In this document: in pieces, positions 36,273 to 49,788 of the stretch
Position numbering within the stretch: position 1 is the stretch's first letter
Layout of the letters: the number at the start of each line of letters is the position of its first letter
NCBI RefSeq assembly: GCF_006345805.1
Contig: NC_043014.1
Location: 2,976,001 to 3,040,000 of the forward strand
DNA from: Octopus sinensis
Lineage: Eukaryota
DNA: 64,000 bases
Reading direction: 5' to 3'
The notes under the pieces: model-generated
Database searches by the model: none
What the model saw: the letters and a program-made list of their open reading frames with translations, nothing else
Told to the model about the DNA's origin: nothing
Program-made: the position numbers and the translations under genes

Positions 36273-37810
36273 AGGTCCTCATCGTGTCCAGCTTGGGCAG
36301 TAACAGGAGAGTATTGGGCCTAAATGCCTCTGCACCAGTTTCAGTTTCGTCGCTCCACACACTTTGCATTCAGTATTTCTCGCCGCCACCACCATACTGG
36401 GGGCTAAGTTTGACTTTTAAACCCCTGCCCATGACAGGCAGGGTGTTATGTGGAACGATAAAACTAACACCCTCAAAGTACCCCACAACCAGTTGACAAG
36501 GATTAAACAAGAGACAATGCATTCTTCAACTGATAAACCAAAGCAACCACCCTAAACACCTACCCACTTAACCACCTTCTTTCCAAACTCTAACCTACAA
36601 TCTATGTTTTTTTGTTTTTTTTTGTGGGGGAAGTGCTCCCTTTAAACTCGGAGGACCTTCGGGCTAAACCTGATTCTGCACCAAATATCTGTGACATATT
36701 CTTTAATTATTTTTTTCGTTCCTAAACTTTTAATTAGTCCCTCCCTGAACCTTTGTGTTTTTCACCTTGCCTTTATTTGTACTGGCCAGGTGTCCCCTAG
36801 TGATAAATTGAAAGCAAAGTCCCTGTCTTTCTCTAGTTAATCCTTTCTCTGAATCTCTTGGTCAGACCCTAATTTCTAACTCAACACTGAAAAGATCCCA
36901 AACTTATTTGCTCTGTTTTAGCTGAGTATATCTTTTATTTGTTAGAAGACTTGAAGTAAACAATTTGACCAAGTCCCTAACCAGCCCCTTATTCATCACC
37001 TCCCTTTTGTTTTTGTTTTTGTTTTTGCGGGGTTTTTTTTATTCATCAGAGACAAATGTTATGTACCGACTTTGATGAACATTAACCAGTTAGACATCAA
37101 CCAACATCACAGCTTCTACCACCATCACCATCATCGCCACTCGACTAAGTAATATGTGATCCCTGATATGTGTCTTGGTAAATTGATCTTTACATACAGC
37201 AATGAAACAATCAACCCCTGTATCACACAGGAATTTGGAGTCTGTGTCTGTTTGTGTGTGTGTGAGAGCTTCAATGAATTCAATGCTTTTTGTCAAGTAA
37301 CTTATTCTATATATGCGTGTGAGCTGGCAGAAACGTTGGCACGTCGGGCGAAATGCGTAGCCGTATTTCATCTGTCATTACGTTCTGAGTTCAAATTCCG
37401 CCGAGGTCGACTTTGCCTTTCATCCTTTCGGGGTCGATAAATTAAGTACCAGTTACGCACTGGGGTCGATGTAATCGACTTAATCCGTTTGTCTGTCCTT
37501 GTTTGTCCCCTCCGTGTTTAGCTCCTTGTGGGAAGTAAAGAAATATATATATATGCGTGTTTGTGTGTCAAGTGATGTAGGTTATAAATATGTGTTAAAC
37601 AATCTGGTTGATAAATGTGTGCATACACGTGTGTGTGTGTGCGAATTGATCGGGCTTAGTGTATGTGTATCAAATGATCTGATGTGTCTACAAATATGTT
37701 TTGTTTTGATCTGGCTTCTGAATATGCATGTATGTTTGTACCAAATTGTCTGGCTTATACATAAATGTGTGACTCAAAAGACCTGATATATATATATATA
37801 TATATATATA

Positions 37811-38106
37811 CTTTATTTAAAGCAGCAGAAAATTCAACAAAACCTGTTACTCTGAGTTTCCCGTTGCCGTTCATCAGACAGTTTTTGCTAGCAAAAACTG
37901 TCCGATGAAGACCTTCTGCTGTTTAGCTCTCTTGAGAGTTCCTTACCACTGTATGTAATGTCAGTTGATCTGGCTTGTGTGTGTGGAAACTCAGAGTAAC
38001 AGGTTTTGCTGAATTTTCTGCTGCTTTAAATAAAGCATATTACTCTACCACTGGTATTTGAGTACTCTTTTTTCCACCTTGTTTCACATTTATGTGTTTA
38101 CTCCGG
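37811..38106. mobile_element. (TA)n-flanked palindromic element with inverted hammerhead pair (Penelope-like pLTR derivative)
   Basis: Arms CTTTATTTAAAGCAGCAGAAAATTCAACAAAACCTGTTACTCTGAGTTTCC and its reverse complement, plus a one-sided 70-bp tail. Same family as 56914-57142. Confidence 0.8.
37839..37886 (-). ncRNA. Minimal type I hammerhead ribozyme motif
   Basis: AAAAA-CTGT-CTGATGA-A-CG(GCAA)CG-G-GAAACT(CAG)AGT-A-ACAG-G-TTTT. Intact CUGAUGA and GAAA, GUA cleavage triplet, stem I CTGT/ACAG extended by AAAA/TTTT. Confidence 0.75.
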
Positions 38107-41100
38107 TATATATATATATATAAGTTCAGCAAAATTTAGATTCAGATGAAATATGGTACTTAAGTCAGAGGCACCAGAATTTTGTATGGTATTATCCATA
38201 TAAATCCATGGGGTGATTATAATCAAAATAAGCAACAAGTATATCTTAGGTAATTTGGTACAATCGTTTCATACTACTTCAATACTTACAATGTTTAATA
38301 AAATGAAGTAGCATGAAACAATTGTACCAAATTACCTAAGATATACTTGTTGCTTATTTTGAATATATATATATATATATATATATGAAGTATATATGTG
38401 TGTTAAATGATCTGGTATGTTTAAATGTATTTAATGCCATGACAACCAACATTGGAGAGGAATTACTACTAGACAAAATCTCCAAGTGGTTTAAATGCAC
38501 AAGTCCTCGATATCCAAGAGTTTAAAAAGTGTCAGCAAAAAAGCACCCAAGAGTCATGACCTGGATACAGCCCAGCCCTCTTAGAGTGTAAGAAGTTAAG
38601 GGCTTAAACACTTGCCCAAGGAAGGGGATTCTTCATTGAAGACCTTCTGCTGTTCAGCTCTCTTGAGAGTTCCTTACCACTGTAGGTAATGTCAGTTGAT
38701 CTGGCTTTTGTGTGTGTGTGTGTGGAATTATCTGATTATGTATATGAGTCGAGTGATCTTGCTTATCAGTATATTTGCATCAAGTTGTCTTCAAGCAACC
38801 CGAATCATTTCTGTGTTCTGTGACCCAAAAGCCTGTCTGAATCAGTAATGCTCGTTTATCCAGACTGTGTATACCTGTATAATCTAAACTTTATGCTTCT
38901 GTAAACCAGATGGTGCAAACCTCTCTCTAATCCGTAATGTGTATGTCTTTAAGAGCTAAACTCTCTAAGCCTCTATAATCCAGACTGCATGTGCTTGTGT
39001 GATCCCTAACTTTGCATGCCCCTGTGTTCCAGGACATATGTGTCCTGCAATCAACACAGGGTTGATGTCTTTGCAATCTCCAATGTATAGGACTTAGCAG
39101 TCCCCTCTGTGTGTGTCCTTGTGGTTTAGGCTGTGCGAATACATTATCCAACTGTGATCCAGACCCCTAATGTCTATGGTCCACACACACACACACACAC
39201 ATATATGTATGTGTTTGTATATATCATCATGTTTTAGGGGGCACATGCACTTTCACACACGTGTGTGTATGTATGTATATATATTTATATATATATATGT
39301 ATGTATATATATATGTATGAATGTATATATATATATGATATTATTGTCATTATTATTATATTATTATTATTATTATTATTATTATCATCATTGTTGTTAG
39401 TCAATGAACTTGTCACGAGATAAGCTGTTTTTGTTAAATACCTTTGTTGACAATTGATAAACGTCTCTTTTTGTAAAAAAAAGTCCCCCACCCCCCAAGC
39501 CATTTTATGCTGCTGCACCATTTTTTTGTTTTTGTTTTAACCATGAGCATGCAACCCCAGCAGTTCCATCTTTTCTCCCCCCCCCACACCAATTGAACCT
39601 CCAAATAACCAACTCACCCTCTACACACTGACCGTTGTCCACTTCAACATTTTATCCTCCTGCAAAATATTCCAACTTCAGTCCATTCATGACCACTTCT
39701 TTGAATATCATCATGCAAATTCATTCCCCCACCTTTTTTTTTTTCTGCTTTTAATTTACTCTTTTACTTGTTTCAGTCACTTGACTGCGGCCATGCTGGA
39801 ACACTGCCTTTAGTCAGGCAAATCGACTCCAGGACTTATTCTTTCTAAGCCCAGTACTTATTCTATCGGTCTCTTTTGCCGAACCGCTAAGTTACGGGTA
39901 CGTAAACACACCAGCATCGGTTGTCAAGCAATGCTAGGGGGACAAACACAGACACACAAACACACAAACATACACACATATATACATATATACGACCGGC
40001 TTCTTTCAGTTTCCATCTACCAAATTCACTCACAAGGCTTTGGTTGGCCCGAGGCTATAGTACGAGACTGAACCCGGAACCATGTGGTTGGTAAGCAAGC
40101 TACTTACCACACAGTCACTCCTGCGCCTGTTCATTTAAATTAAATTTTTCCTTCATAGTTTTGTCAAAAACTCTTTCTTTATGTTCTTAATGGTGATTTA
40201 ATATTGACGAAAGACGAAACCCTTCTAAGTTCAGGACTTTTTCAGAAAGACTTTGGGTGTATTTCATTAGGAATATGGTCATAAAAGGCTTGAGCAAACT
40301 TTCCAAAGACTCATCTGGGTGGCTGAATGGGGTCTGGTGATGGCGTATAACCAAATGGTTAGGATGTTGCACTCGTGATCACAAGGTCATGGTTTCAATT
40401 CTTAGAAATGGCTGTGTATATTGTGTTCTTAGTGAATCACTTCATAAAAGCATAGCAGCATTGAAAAGTATGTAAATAAGTCACTTTACTGGTGTGTCTT
40501 GAAGTGAATACTGCTTTAAGTAATAGCTTATAATATATTGGATTAAAAAGGCGGAGAGCTGGCAGAAACGTTAGCACGCCGGGCGAAATACTTAGCAGTA
40601 TTTCGTCTGCTGTTATGTTCTGAGTTCAAATTCCGCCAAGGTCGACTTTGCTTTTCATTCTTTTGGGGTCGATAAACTAAGTACCAGTTGCATACTGAGG
40701 TTGATCTAATTGACTGCCCCCCCCCCAAAAAAAAAAAAAAATTCGGGCCTTGTACTAGGGTAGAAAAGAATAAATTGGATTAGAAAAACCCTGAAACAGA
40801 AAAGCAATGGAAAGTTACTTGCAGGGTTTGAACCATGAAATTCTTTGTAACCATGGCATGTGCGTCACCAAGTGGACCAAAGTAATGCCATTGAATTACA
40901 TACTTTTAACCTCACAAATGTGTAAGTTTACATCTACAACACGAGTGTAGAAGTATCATGAAATATGTAAATAAGTCATTTAACAGGGTGTCTTGACATG
41001 TATAATAGTTTATAATATACTTGGTTAAAAACCCTTGAATAATAAAAAGGGTGAAAGCTATCTGCGGGCACTTGGACCACACCATATATGTGTAATCAGA

Positions 41101-42854
41101 ATATGCATAGTTTGGGTCCTGCATGTAGTTTTTGCCTTTCTCCCATCGAAGGGTTTTTTACTTTTTCTGCATATTTAGAATGCAAGGGTGACCAGGTAGA
41201 TAGGTGTGTGTACCCAATAACTAACACTGGAGTGTCTGGAAGCTAAGTATGTTGTCTCTGTCTTGCAGAAAAAAAAATCACAAATCAAATTTCATAAATA
41301 TGAATAAGTTTGTTCACCCTGGGGCTGATATGAATTTAGACTGGGTCTTTTTTTTTAGAGGCAAATACAAATGGAATCTTTACTGATCGTGTCAAGGGGC
41401 CTTGTATGAGACATTAAAATTCAAATGTCCCCCTTCTGGCATAAAATTTTATTAGTTATCAGATTGGCAGCTGGGCAGGGTTAAGTTTTGACTGTTCGTA
41501 TCCTGCTCCCACTGGCATTTGTGTTGCTTGTGTGAGGGGCCACTCCAGACTGTGTAGGGAACAACTTGCTGTAGTTTACAGCAATGGCAACACCGTGACA
41601 ACAAGAATGGTTGGCAAGTGTCTTTTGTTTTTGTTGCTGTTGTTGTTGTTTAACCCTGGATCAGGTATAGTCTGGAAGCATTGCTGAAATTATGATCAAT
41701 CAAGTATCACCTGTGACCATGTCATCATTGTTCCCACCATGACCACCTCCACTGCTACACACATCTTATTTTTTTTAAAGATGGTAGAGTGTAATTTGAG
41801 GGAGATTTGGTTGCTATTTCTTGCTGCTTAAAACAGTGGACTCCCGACCTAGGCTTCTCAAAAGAAAATTTGGGGTTCCATGAGCTGAATTGAAAAGGTG
41901 CCAAGGGGGCAACACCTTCCAAAGGCCTCAGGTTCTGTGAGAAAATCCATTTAAATCAAAGAGAGGAAGCCATTGATAATACTAAAGGTTTTGTTAGTTT
42001 GCAGTTACGGGTTCAAGCCCTCTTGTTGCTTGTGTATATAATATTGCTAGTTTAGAAGGTGAAGGGTTTGGCCTATACTAACTAGGTTCAGTGCATGAGG
42101 ACTAAAATACCAACACTGACCTTTACAAGCGGATTCTTGCAAACTTAGCAACGTTCCTCAGCAAGAACAATGACATTTACCTATTAAAACACCCTCAACC
42201 CATTACACACATGCACGCGCACTTCGCCCCTCCCCCCTCCTTCCTTTAAGTCTCCTATATTATCTGGCAGAATCGTTAGCACGCAGGGCGAAATGCTTAG
42301 TGGTATTTCGTCTGCGGTTACGTTCTGAGTTCAAATTCTGCTGAGGTCGACTTTGCCTTTCATCCTTTTGGGGTCGATTAATTAAGTACCAGATGCGCAC
42401 TGGGGTCGATGTAATCGACTTAATCCCTTTGTCTGTCCTTGTTTGTCCCCCTCTATGTTTAGCCCCTTGTGGGTAGTAAAGAAATAGGTATTTCGTCTGC
42501 CGCTACGTTCTGAGTTCAAATTCTGCTGAGGTCGACTTTGCCTTTCATCCTTCGGGGTCGATTAAATAAGTACCAGTTATGCACTGGGGTCAATGTAATC
42601 GACTTAATCCCTTTGTCTGTCTTTGTTTGTCCCCCTCTATGTTTAGCTCCTTGTGGGTAGTAAAGAAATATCATCTAATATTCATGGTTTTTCCTCAGCC
42701 ACCCACAATCCTTCCTCACACACACTTTGTATATTTCTTATTTTGAGCATTGATATCCTTTGACCGTTCTTCACATTCCAGACTTCTCTTAGAAAGGTTC
42801 AAACTCACACATACACACTGTTCATCTTGTTGTTGTCACTGATGACCAAGGTCA

Positions 42855-43180
42855 TCACATGGGAGAAAAAGACAAGCCACGATGCTCTAGACTGGGCACT
42901 GGTGGTCTGCTAGGACTTGCACAGTTTGCATTTTCCTTGTATCCCTGCAATCCGGTTCTGTTCGTATGAGGTGTCATCTCTTTCAATGCAGCTTCGCCAG
43001 ACAGGGTGGTTCTTGGGCCTGTGTTTCCCCAGGTGTCAGCGTTGATCCCAAAGCTCTCCTGTGAGGTTTTGAGTGTACCCTTGAAGCACTTTTCCTGTCC
43101 ACCTTGCATGCGTTTGCCTTTTGCCAGTAGGCTGTAAAACAGCCCCTTGACGAGTCATGTGTCAGGCATTCAAGCAAGGT
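42855..43180 (-). mobile_element. Degenerate RTE-BovB-like ORF2 3' fragment
   Basis: LFYSLLAKGKRMQGGQEKCFKGTLKTSQESFGINADTW resembles G.R..GGQ.KR.KD.LK.....I....WE. Smaller RTE tails at about 6280-6350, 27215-27310, 31850-31980 and 53200-53300. Confidence 0.75.
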
Positions 43181-43438
43181 GGCCTGCCCACCTGACTTGC
43201 CACCTCCTCACACACACACACATGTACAGTCCATTCCTCCTAGCTACACTCCCAAGGTGACAAGAAGGGTTTGTTTTTTCTTATCAGGGTTCAGTTGCTT
43301 GGACGAACAAATATTTATTAGGGGTCTGCTTATCCATAAGGATATCAATTGCTGTACTAACATGTCATAGTATTATTAAGATCTGGTGCTGAGGAGGTGT
43401 GAATTGATGATGTTCTCTGCTCTGGGTCCTTATATTAA

Positions 43439-43660
43439 CCCTTTCGTTACCAACCCGGCTGAAACCGACTCTGGTTTTGTTGTACAAGTATTTTGTTTTC
43501 TTAAGTTCTGAATTAAAATCTTCCACCAAACCTTAGTCAGAATTTGTGTTCCTAACACTAGTTTAATGATAACTAAATTATTTTACTAAATTCTTTGTTA
43601 CATTTAAAATGAATTGGAAGAAACACAGAGCATCTCAAAATAAATACAGTAACGAAAGGG
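43439..43660. mobile_element. piggyBac-like MITE with TTAA TSD
   Basis: TTAA|CCCTTTCGTTAC...GTAACGAAAGGG|TTAA. Partial copy at about 8265-8377. Confidence 0.9.
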
Positions 43661-44385
43661 TTAAACCATCAGGTCAGTAATGAGCCTAATTATTAATTAT
43701 TAAATGAATGACACAGTTTTTTCCCTTCTGTTTTTTTTTTGTTTTTTTTTTTTTTTTGCAATTTCTAAAATCTATCAGATATTATGAAAAACAAAAATGA
43801 GAATTTAAAAGGAAATTTGGCAAGGGTGGGCTGGATGGTAAAAAAAAAAACAATAAAAAAATGGTGTTTAAAATATTTCAATTTAGTTCACACCACCTCA
43901 GACTCCACTTTCAAACCTCCCCTTCAACCCCCTTTCCTCACCTGTGACCGGCCTGACCTCACTTCTAACCCTCGAGTTTCTCATTTGTCAGTGTGTCTGT
44001 AAGTGCAACCAAACGTTAAAAAGATCAAATAACAGTCTGCAAAAGTGCATTGCAACTGCAGCATCCTATATAAAGTATTCTTGGAAATGAATTTTACCCC
44101 ACTATCCACAATTAATGTGTGCCAAAAAAACAACCACAACAACAACAACAATAATAATAATAATAATAATCCTTTCTATTAAAGGCACGAGGCCTGAAAA
44201 GTTGTGGGAGGAGACTAGTCGGTTATATCGACCCCCAATATTTCACTGGTACTCAATTTATTGACCCCTGAAAGGATGAAAGGCAAAGTTGACCTCAGTG
44301 GTATTTGAACTCACAATGTAAACACGGAAGAAATGCAGCTAAACATTTCGCCTGGCATTGCTAACAATTCTGCCAGCTCACCACC

Positions 44386-44415
<30 letters not shown>

Positions 44416-44417
<2 letters not shown>

Positions 44418-44755
44418 GTGTCTCTAAAAGAAATGGAGAAACTTTCAAAATACAAAGACCTGGAAATAGAGGTAACCAGAATGTGGAATCTAAAAACAGA
44501 AACAATTCCTATCATAGTGGGTGCATTAGGCATGATAAAAAAATATTCAGACAAATACATAACAAAAACACCAGGACTTACAAACACATATAACATACAG
44601 AAAATTGCACTACTAGGCACCGCACACATCCTACGCAGAACACTTTCCATACAATAACTATCAGAGCATCACAACAAATCACAGCACATACCCAAGGCAC
44701 ACAGAGCTGTGCTCGGTAGTGAAGTGAAAGCACGCTATAAAAATAAAACTACTGA
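44416..44755 (+). mobile_element. R4/Dong-like LINE 3' fragment in (TAA)n
   Basis: NVSLKEMEKLSKYKDLEIEVTRMWNLKTETIPIIVGALGMIKK...ILRRTLSIQ* plus 3' UTR; (TAA)n on both sides. Confidence 0.85.
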
Positions 44756-44786
44756 ATAATAATAATAATAACTTTATTATTATTTA

Positions 44787-44988
44787 TATTGGTGCATAAT
44801 TATTGCGGTTTTTTAACAATAAATTTTATTCAGTGAAAACAATGACAACATTTAACAAAAAACATCTTTAAATGATTGTTCTGGAGCATATTCACCATCT
44901 ACTTCAATTTCTGCCTGGTGTTTTCTTTAAATTTTTTTGTTGAATAAAATTTATCGAGAAAAAGCCACAATAATTATGCACCAACCTA
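44787..44988. mobile_element. mariner-type MITE
   Basis: TIRs TTGGTGCATAATTATTGCGG / CCACAATAATTATGCACCAA(CCTA) around an internally deleted body. Confidence 0.8.
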
Positions 44989-45017
44989 GTAATGATAATA
45001 ATAATATTAATAATAAT

Positions 45018-45405
45018 AAAGAGTTTGACAAGTTCAGAAAATATAAAGACCTGCTCATTGAAATTGAGAAAATGTGGCATCTCAAGGCGGTTACAATACC
45101 AGTGATCGTAGGAGCACTAGGAATGATCAAGAAGGGAACCGAAAATTATATGAGAATGATCCCTGGCTTACCATCCCTGCAAGAAGTGCAAAAGATTGTC
45201 TTAACTGGTACATCACACCTATTGAGAAGAGCATTGTCGATGTGAGAACTATTACTACCCATGTATTTTAATTTAACTTTAAAAAAATGAACGAACTATT
45301 GAGTTTAGTTTAATGGCCTACCAATGTATACTATGAGTTTCTTTGCCCTAGGAGTCGGAAGACACTCGGCAAGAAATGGAAGCAAATTTGAAAGAAGAAG
45401 GAAAA
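45018..45405 (+). mobile_element. Second R4/Dong-like family, 3' fragment in (TAA)n
   Basis: KEFDKFRKYKDLLIEIEKMWHLKAVTIPVIVGALGMIKKG...LLRRALSM* with a different 3' UTR; (TAA)n on both sides. Confidence 0.85.
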
Positions 45406-46518
45406 AAAAAATAATGATAATAATAATAATAACCATGATAATAATATTTCAAATTTTGACCCAAGGCCAGCAATTTGTGGGGAGGGGCAAAGTTGATAGC
45501 ATCAGCCCCAGTACATAACTGGTACTTATTTTGTCGACCCCCCCCCCCCCCCCGAAAGGATGAAAGACTAAATCAAGTTTGGCAGAAGTGTTAGCACACC
45601 AGGCGAAATACTTAACGGTATTTTGTCTGTCTTTACGTTCTGAGTTCAAATTCCACTGAGGTCAACTTTGCCTTTTATCCTTTCGGGGTTGATAAATTAA
45701 GTACCAGTTGCATACTGGGGTCAATTGAATTGGCTGCCCCGCTCCCCAAAAATTTCAGGCCTTGTGCCTAGAGTAGAAACGAATATTTAGTCATTTTTTT
45801 TAAATCCATGTATAACACACAAGTAATATGTAAGTATGCTTTGTAGCATTTCATCCGACTTTAGGTCCTGAGTTCAAATTCTGCTGAGATCGACTTTGGT
45901 TTTCGTCCTTTCAGGGGTTGATAAAATAAAGACCAGTTCAGCAGTGGGAGGGGGGGTCAATGTAATCGGCTCATCCCCTCCTAACCCGAAAAATTACTGC
46001 TCTTGTGGCAAAATTTGAAACCATTATTATTATTATTATTACTACTACTACTACTACTATTATTATTATTATTGTTACTATTATTATTATTATTATCATT
46101 GTGAGCTGGCAGAATCATTAGCATGCTGGACAAAAAAACACTTAGCGGTATTTCATCTGTCTTTACGTTCAGAGTTCAAATTCCACCAAGGTCAGCTCTG
46201 CCTTTCATCTTTTTTCAGGATCGATGAATTAAGTACCAGGCAAGTACTGGGGGGGTCAATGTGATCAACTAGTCCCCGCCCCCTTGTACCTTCAGTAGAA
46301 AGGATCATTATTATTATATTATTATTATTATTATTGTATCCAATGTTACTCAAGCATGTAATTCCATTGAGTTTTATTATCATGTCCTTGCTCCCCCCCT
46401 CTTATAAATTTTCACAATTGTATAAAAAAGTAAAGGAAACAAAATAATGCTCTATGTATATTTTCTCTATTATCAAGCTTTTGTTGCTTTATTTTTGTTT
46501 CTTGTTTATATATGTGTA

Positions 46519-46555
<37 letters not shown>

Positions 46556-46702
46556 GTATGTATGTATATACATATACACATACATTTATATATGCATACA
46601 GATATACATATATAAATGGATATATATATATGTATGTGTGTATGTATATATATATTTATACATATATATATGTATATATGTATATATATATTTATACATA
46701 TA

Positions 46703-46740
<38 letters not shown>

Positions 46741-48267
46741 TATATATACATACATATTTATATGCATATATATATATATGTTTACACATATTCATATACG
46801 CTCACACAACATATAAAATATGTATGCCCAGAATATGTAAATGCATCTATATATGCAGATATACACATATATGTGTGTGTGTGTATATATATATTTTATT
46901 TTTGGATTTGGTTTCCAGGGTTCTTTATGTGAGTTTGTGTGTTGAAGCGTATTTTGTTGTGTCTGGGGAGAGTCATTCTCTTTTGGAGCTTTATTATTAT
47001 TTAACACACTTACCAGTGAGTGACTATTGAAGTGGTTGCAAGATGCAACGGAAATTTTGGAAAAAATAAATAAGTAAATGAGTGGAAATCAAACCAGTGA
47101 GTGTGTTAAATAATAAGGCACTACAAGAAAATGGCCCTCCCCAGACACAATAATATACATATATATATATGTGTGTGTGTGTGTAACTATATATACATAT
47201 ATATATATATGTATGTATATGTTATATATATATATATATATATATACATACACATGCACACACACATGCAAATGTGTGCACACATTTATATGTGTATATG
47301 ATACACACCTATATATCCATACATACATGTATACATATATGCTGACGCATGCATTTTCACACACATACACACACACACACATATAATTACATTATTTGTG
47401 GCATTGTACCAGTGTAATAAATAAATAAATGAATAAATAAATAAATTAGAAAATGAATTTTTTGTTTTTAAATGTAAAAAAGAAAATGTGAAAAATTTTT
47501 TTTTAAATAAAAAGGAGAAGAAAAGAAAACCCTGAGAAACTCCCCAAATCTGCTTTTTCAAGGAAAATGGTCAAATTGCAGACTGGAACTGTTGCTGCCT
47601 CTGCTGAGAATCAGGAATAAAATATAATGGGGGGAGTGGCTGTGTGGTAAGTAGCTTGCTAACCAACCACATGGTTCCAGGTTCAGTCCCACTGCGTGGC
47701 ATCTTGGGCAGGTGTCTTCTGCTATAGCCCCGGGCCGACCAATGCCTTGTGAGTGGATTTGGTAGACGGAAACTGAAAGAATCCTGTCGTATATATATAT
47801 ATATGTATGTGTGTGTATATGTTTGTGTGTCTGTGTTTGTCCCCCTAGCATTGCTTGACAACCGATGCTGGTGTGTTTATGTCCCCGTCACTTAGCGGTT
47901 CGGCAAAAGAGACCGATAGAATAAGTACTGGGCTTACAAAGAATAAGTCCCGGGGTCAATTTGCTCGACTAAAGGCAGTGCTCCAGCATAGCCGCAGTCA
48001 AATGACTGAAACAAGTAAAAGAGTAAACCAAATCACCAGCAACTGGTTGGCTGTTTCTTTGTCTTTTTTTTAATTTCAGTTATTAGACTGTGGCCATGCT
48101 GGGGCAGCACCTCGAGGAATTTTTTTGGTTGAATGAATCAACTTCCGGTACTTATTTTTAGTTAAGGTTGATACTTACTCCGTCGGTCTCTTTTGCTGAA
48201 CTGCTAAATCACGGGGGACGGGAACACATCAACACCGGTTGTCGAGTAGTGACCAGGCACAAATACA

Positions 48268-48735
48268 GAAAGAAAGGCACAGAGACTTCAGACTTGAAAT
48301 CTTCAAAGCCACAGTCAAACCAATTCTACTATATGGCTCAGAAACCTGGACGTTATCAAAGAAGCTTGAGAGGCGGTTGGATGGAACCTACACTCGCCTC
48401 CTTATGAGAGCTCAAAATCTCTCGTGGAAGAGTCATCCAACCAAAGTACAAATATATGGGAAACTACCACCTGTGTCATCTCTTGTGAAAGGTAGGAGAG
48501 TCCAGTTTGCTGGACATTGTTGTAGAGCTGAAAAAGAGGTAATTTCTACTCTTCTCCTCTGGAAGCCATCTACTCGCGATAGCAGAGGGCGCACACTCTC
48601 CTACCCTGATGTAATCTCCAGGGATACAGGCATCCAGCAACAGGACCTCCGTAATGCCATGATGGACCGTGAAGTCTGGCATAGCATGGTAAATTCCATT
48701 GTCTCGACCACGGTCGAACAATGATGATGTTGATG
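48268..48735 (+). mobile_element. RTE/RTEX-clade LINE 3' fragment, ORF intact
   Basis: IFKATVKPILLYGSETWTLSKKLERRLDGTYTRLL...RRVQFAGHC...DREVWHSMV*, followed by a (TGA)n tail. Confidence 0.9.
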
Positions 48736-49788
48736 TGCATGTGCGTGCCTGTGTAAATATGTAAATATATACAGTAATCCCTCGACATATCGCGGTCTAT
48801 TATTTAAGCTCACGTCAATCCCTCCGTTCTGTTGTTTTGCATTTATGATAAAATAAATATATACAATAAAAATAAATAAATGCGCCCTTTTAAAGCCTAG
48901 CCAGGCTCATGGGCCCAGTTTCCTGGTTTCAATGGTGTGTGTCCCCAGCTGAACCGCTAAGTTACAGGGACGTAAACACACCAGCATCAGTTGTCAAGCG
49001 ATGTGGGGACAAACACACACATGTACATATATACGATGGGCTTCTTTCAGTTTCCGTCTACCAAATCCACTCAAAAGGCTTTGGTCGGCCCGAGGCTATA
49101 GTAGAAGACACTTGCCCAAGGTGCCACGCAGTGGGACTGAACCCGGAACCATGTGGTTGGTAAGCAAGCTACTTACCACATGTTTCAGACATCCTGTATT
49201 ATGCTGTATTACTTCATTCTTTTGAAGTTGATCAAATATGTACCAGTTAAGCATTGGTGTCACTGTAATCAACCAGCTCCCTACACCAAAATGGTCAAGT
49301 TCTATGCTTTTAGTAGAAAGAAATTATTATTACTAAGGTGGTGAGCAGGCAGAAACATTAGCATGCCGGACGAAATACTTAGTGGTATTTCGTCCGCCAC
49401 TATGTTCTGAGTTCAAATTCCGCTGAGGTCGACTATGTCTTTCATCCTTTCAGGGTCGATTAAATAAGTACCTATTTCTTTACTACCCTCAAGGGGCTAA
49501 ACACAGAGGGGACAAACAAGGACAGACAAACGGATTAAGTCAATTACATCGACCCCAGTGCATAACTGGTACTTAATTTATCAACTCCTAAAGGATGAAA
49601 GGCAAAGTCGACCTCGGCGGAATTTGAACTCAGAACGTAGCGACAGACGAAATATGGCTACGCATTTCGCGTGGTATGCTAACGTTTCTGCCAGCTCAAT
49701 TGAATAATTACCAGTTATGCACAGAGGTCAATGTAATCGACTTAATCCCGTCCCCCAAATTTGAGGCCTTGTGTTTCCAGTAGAAAGA

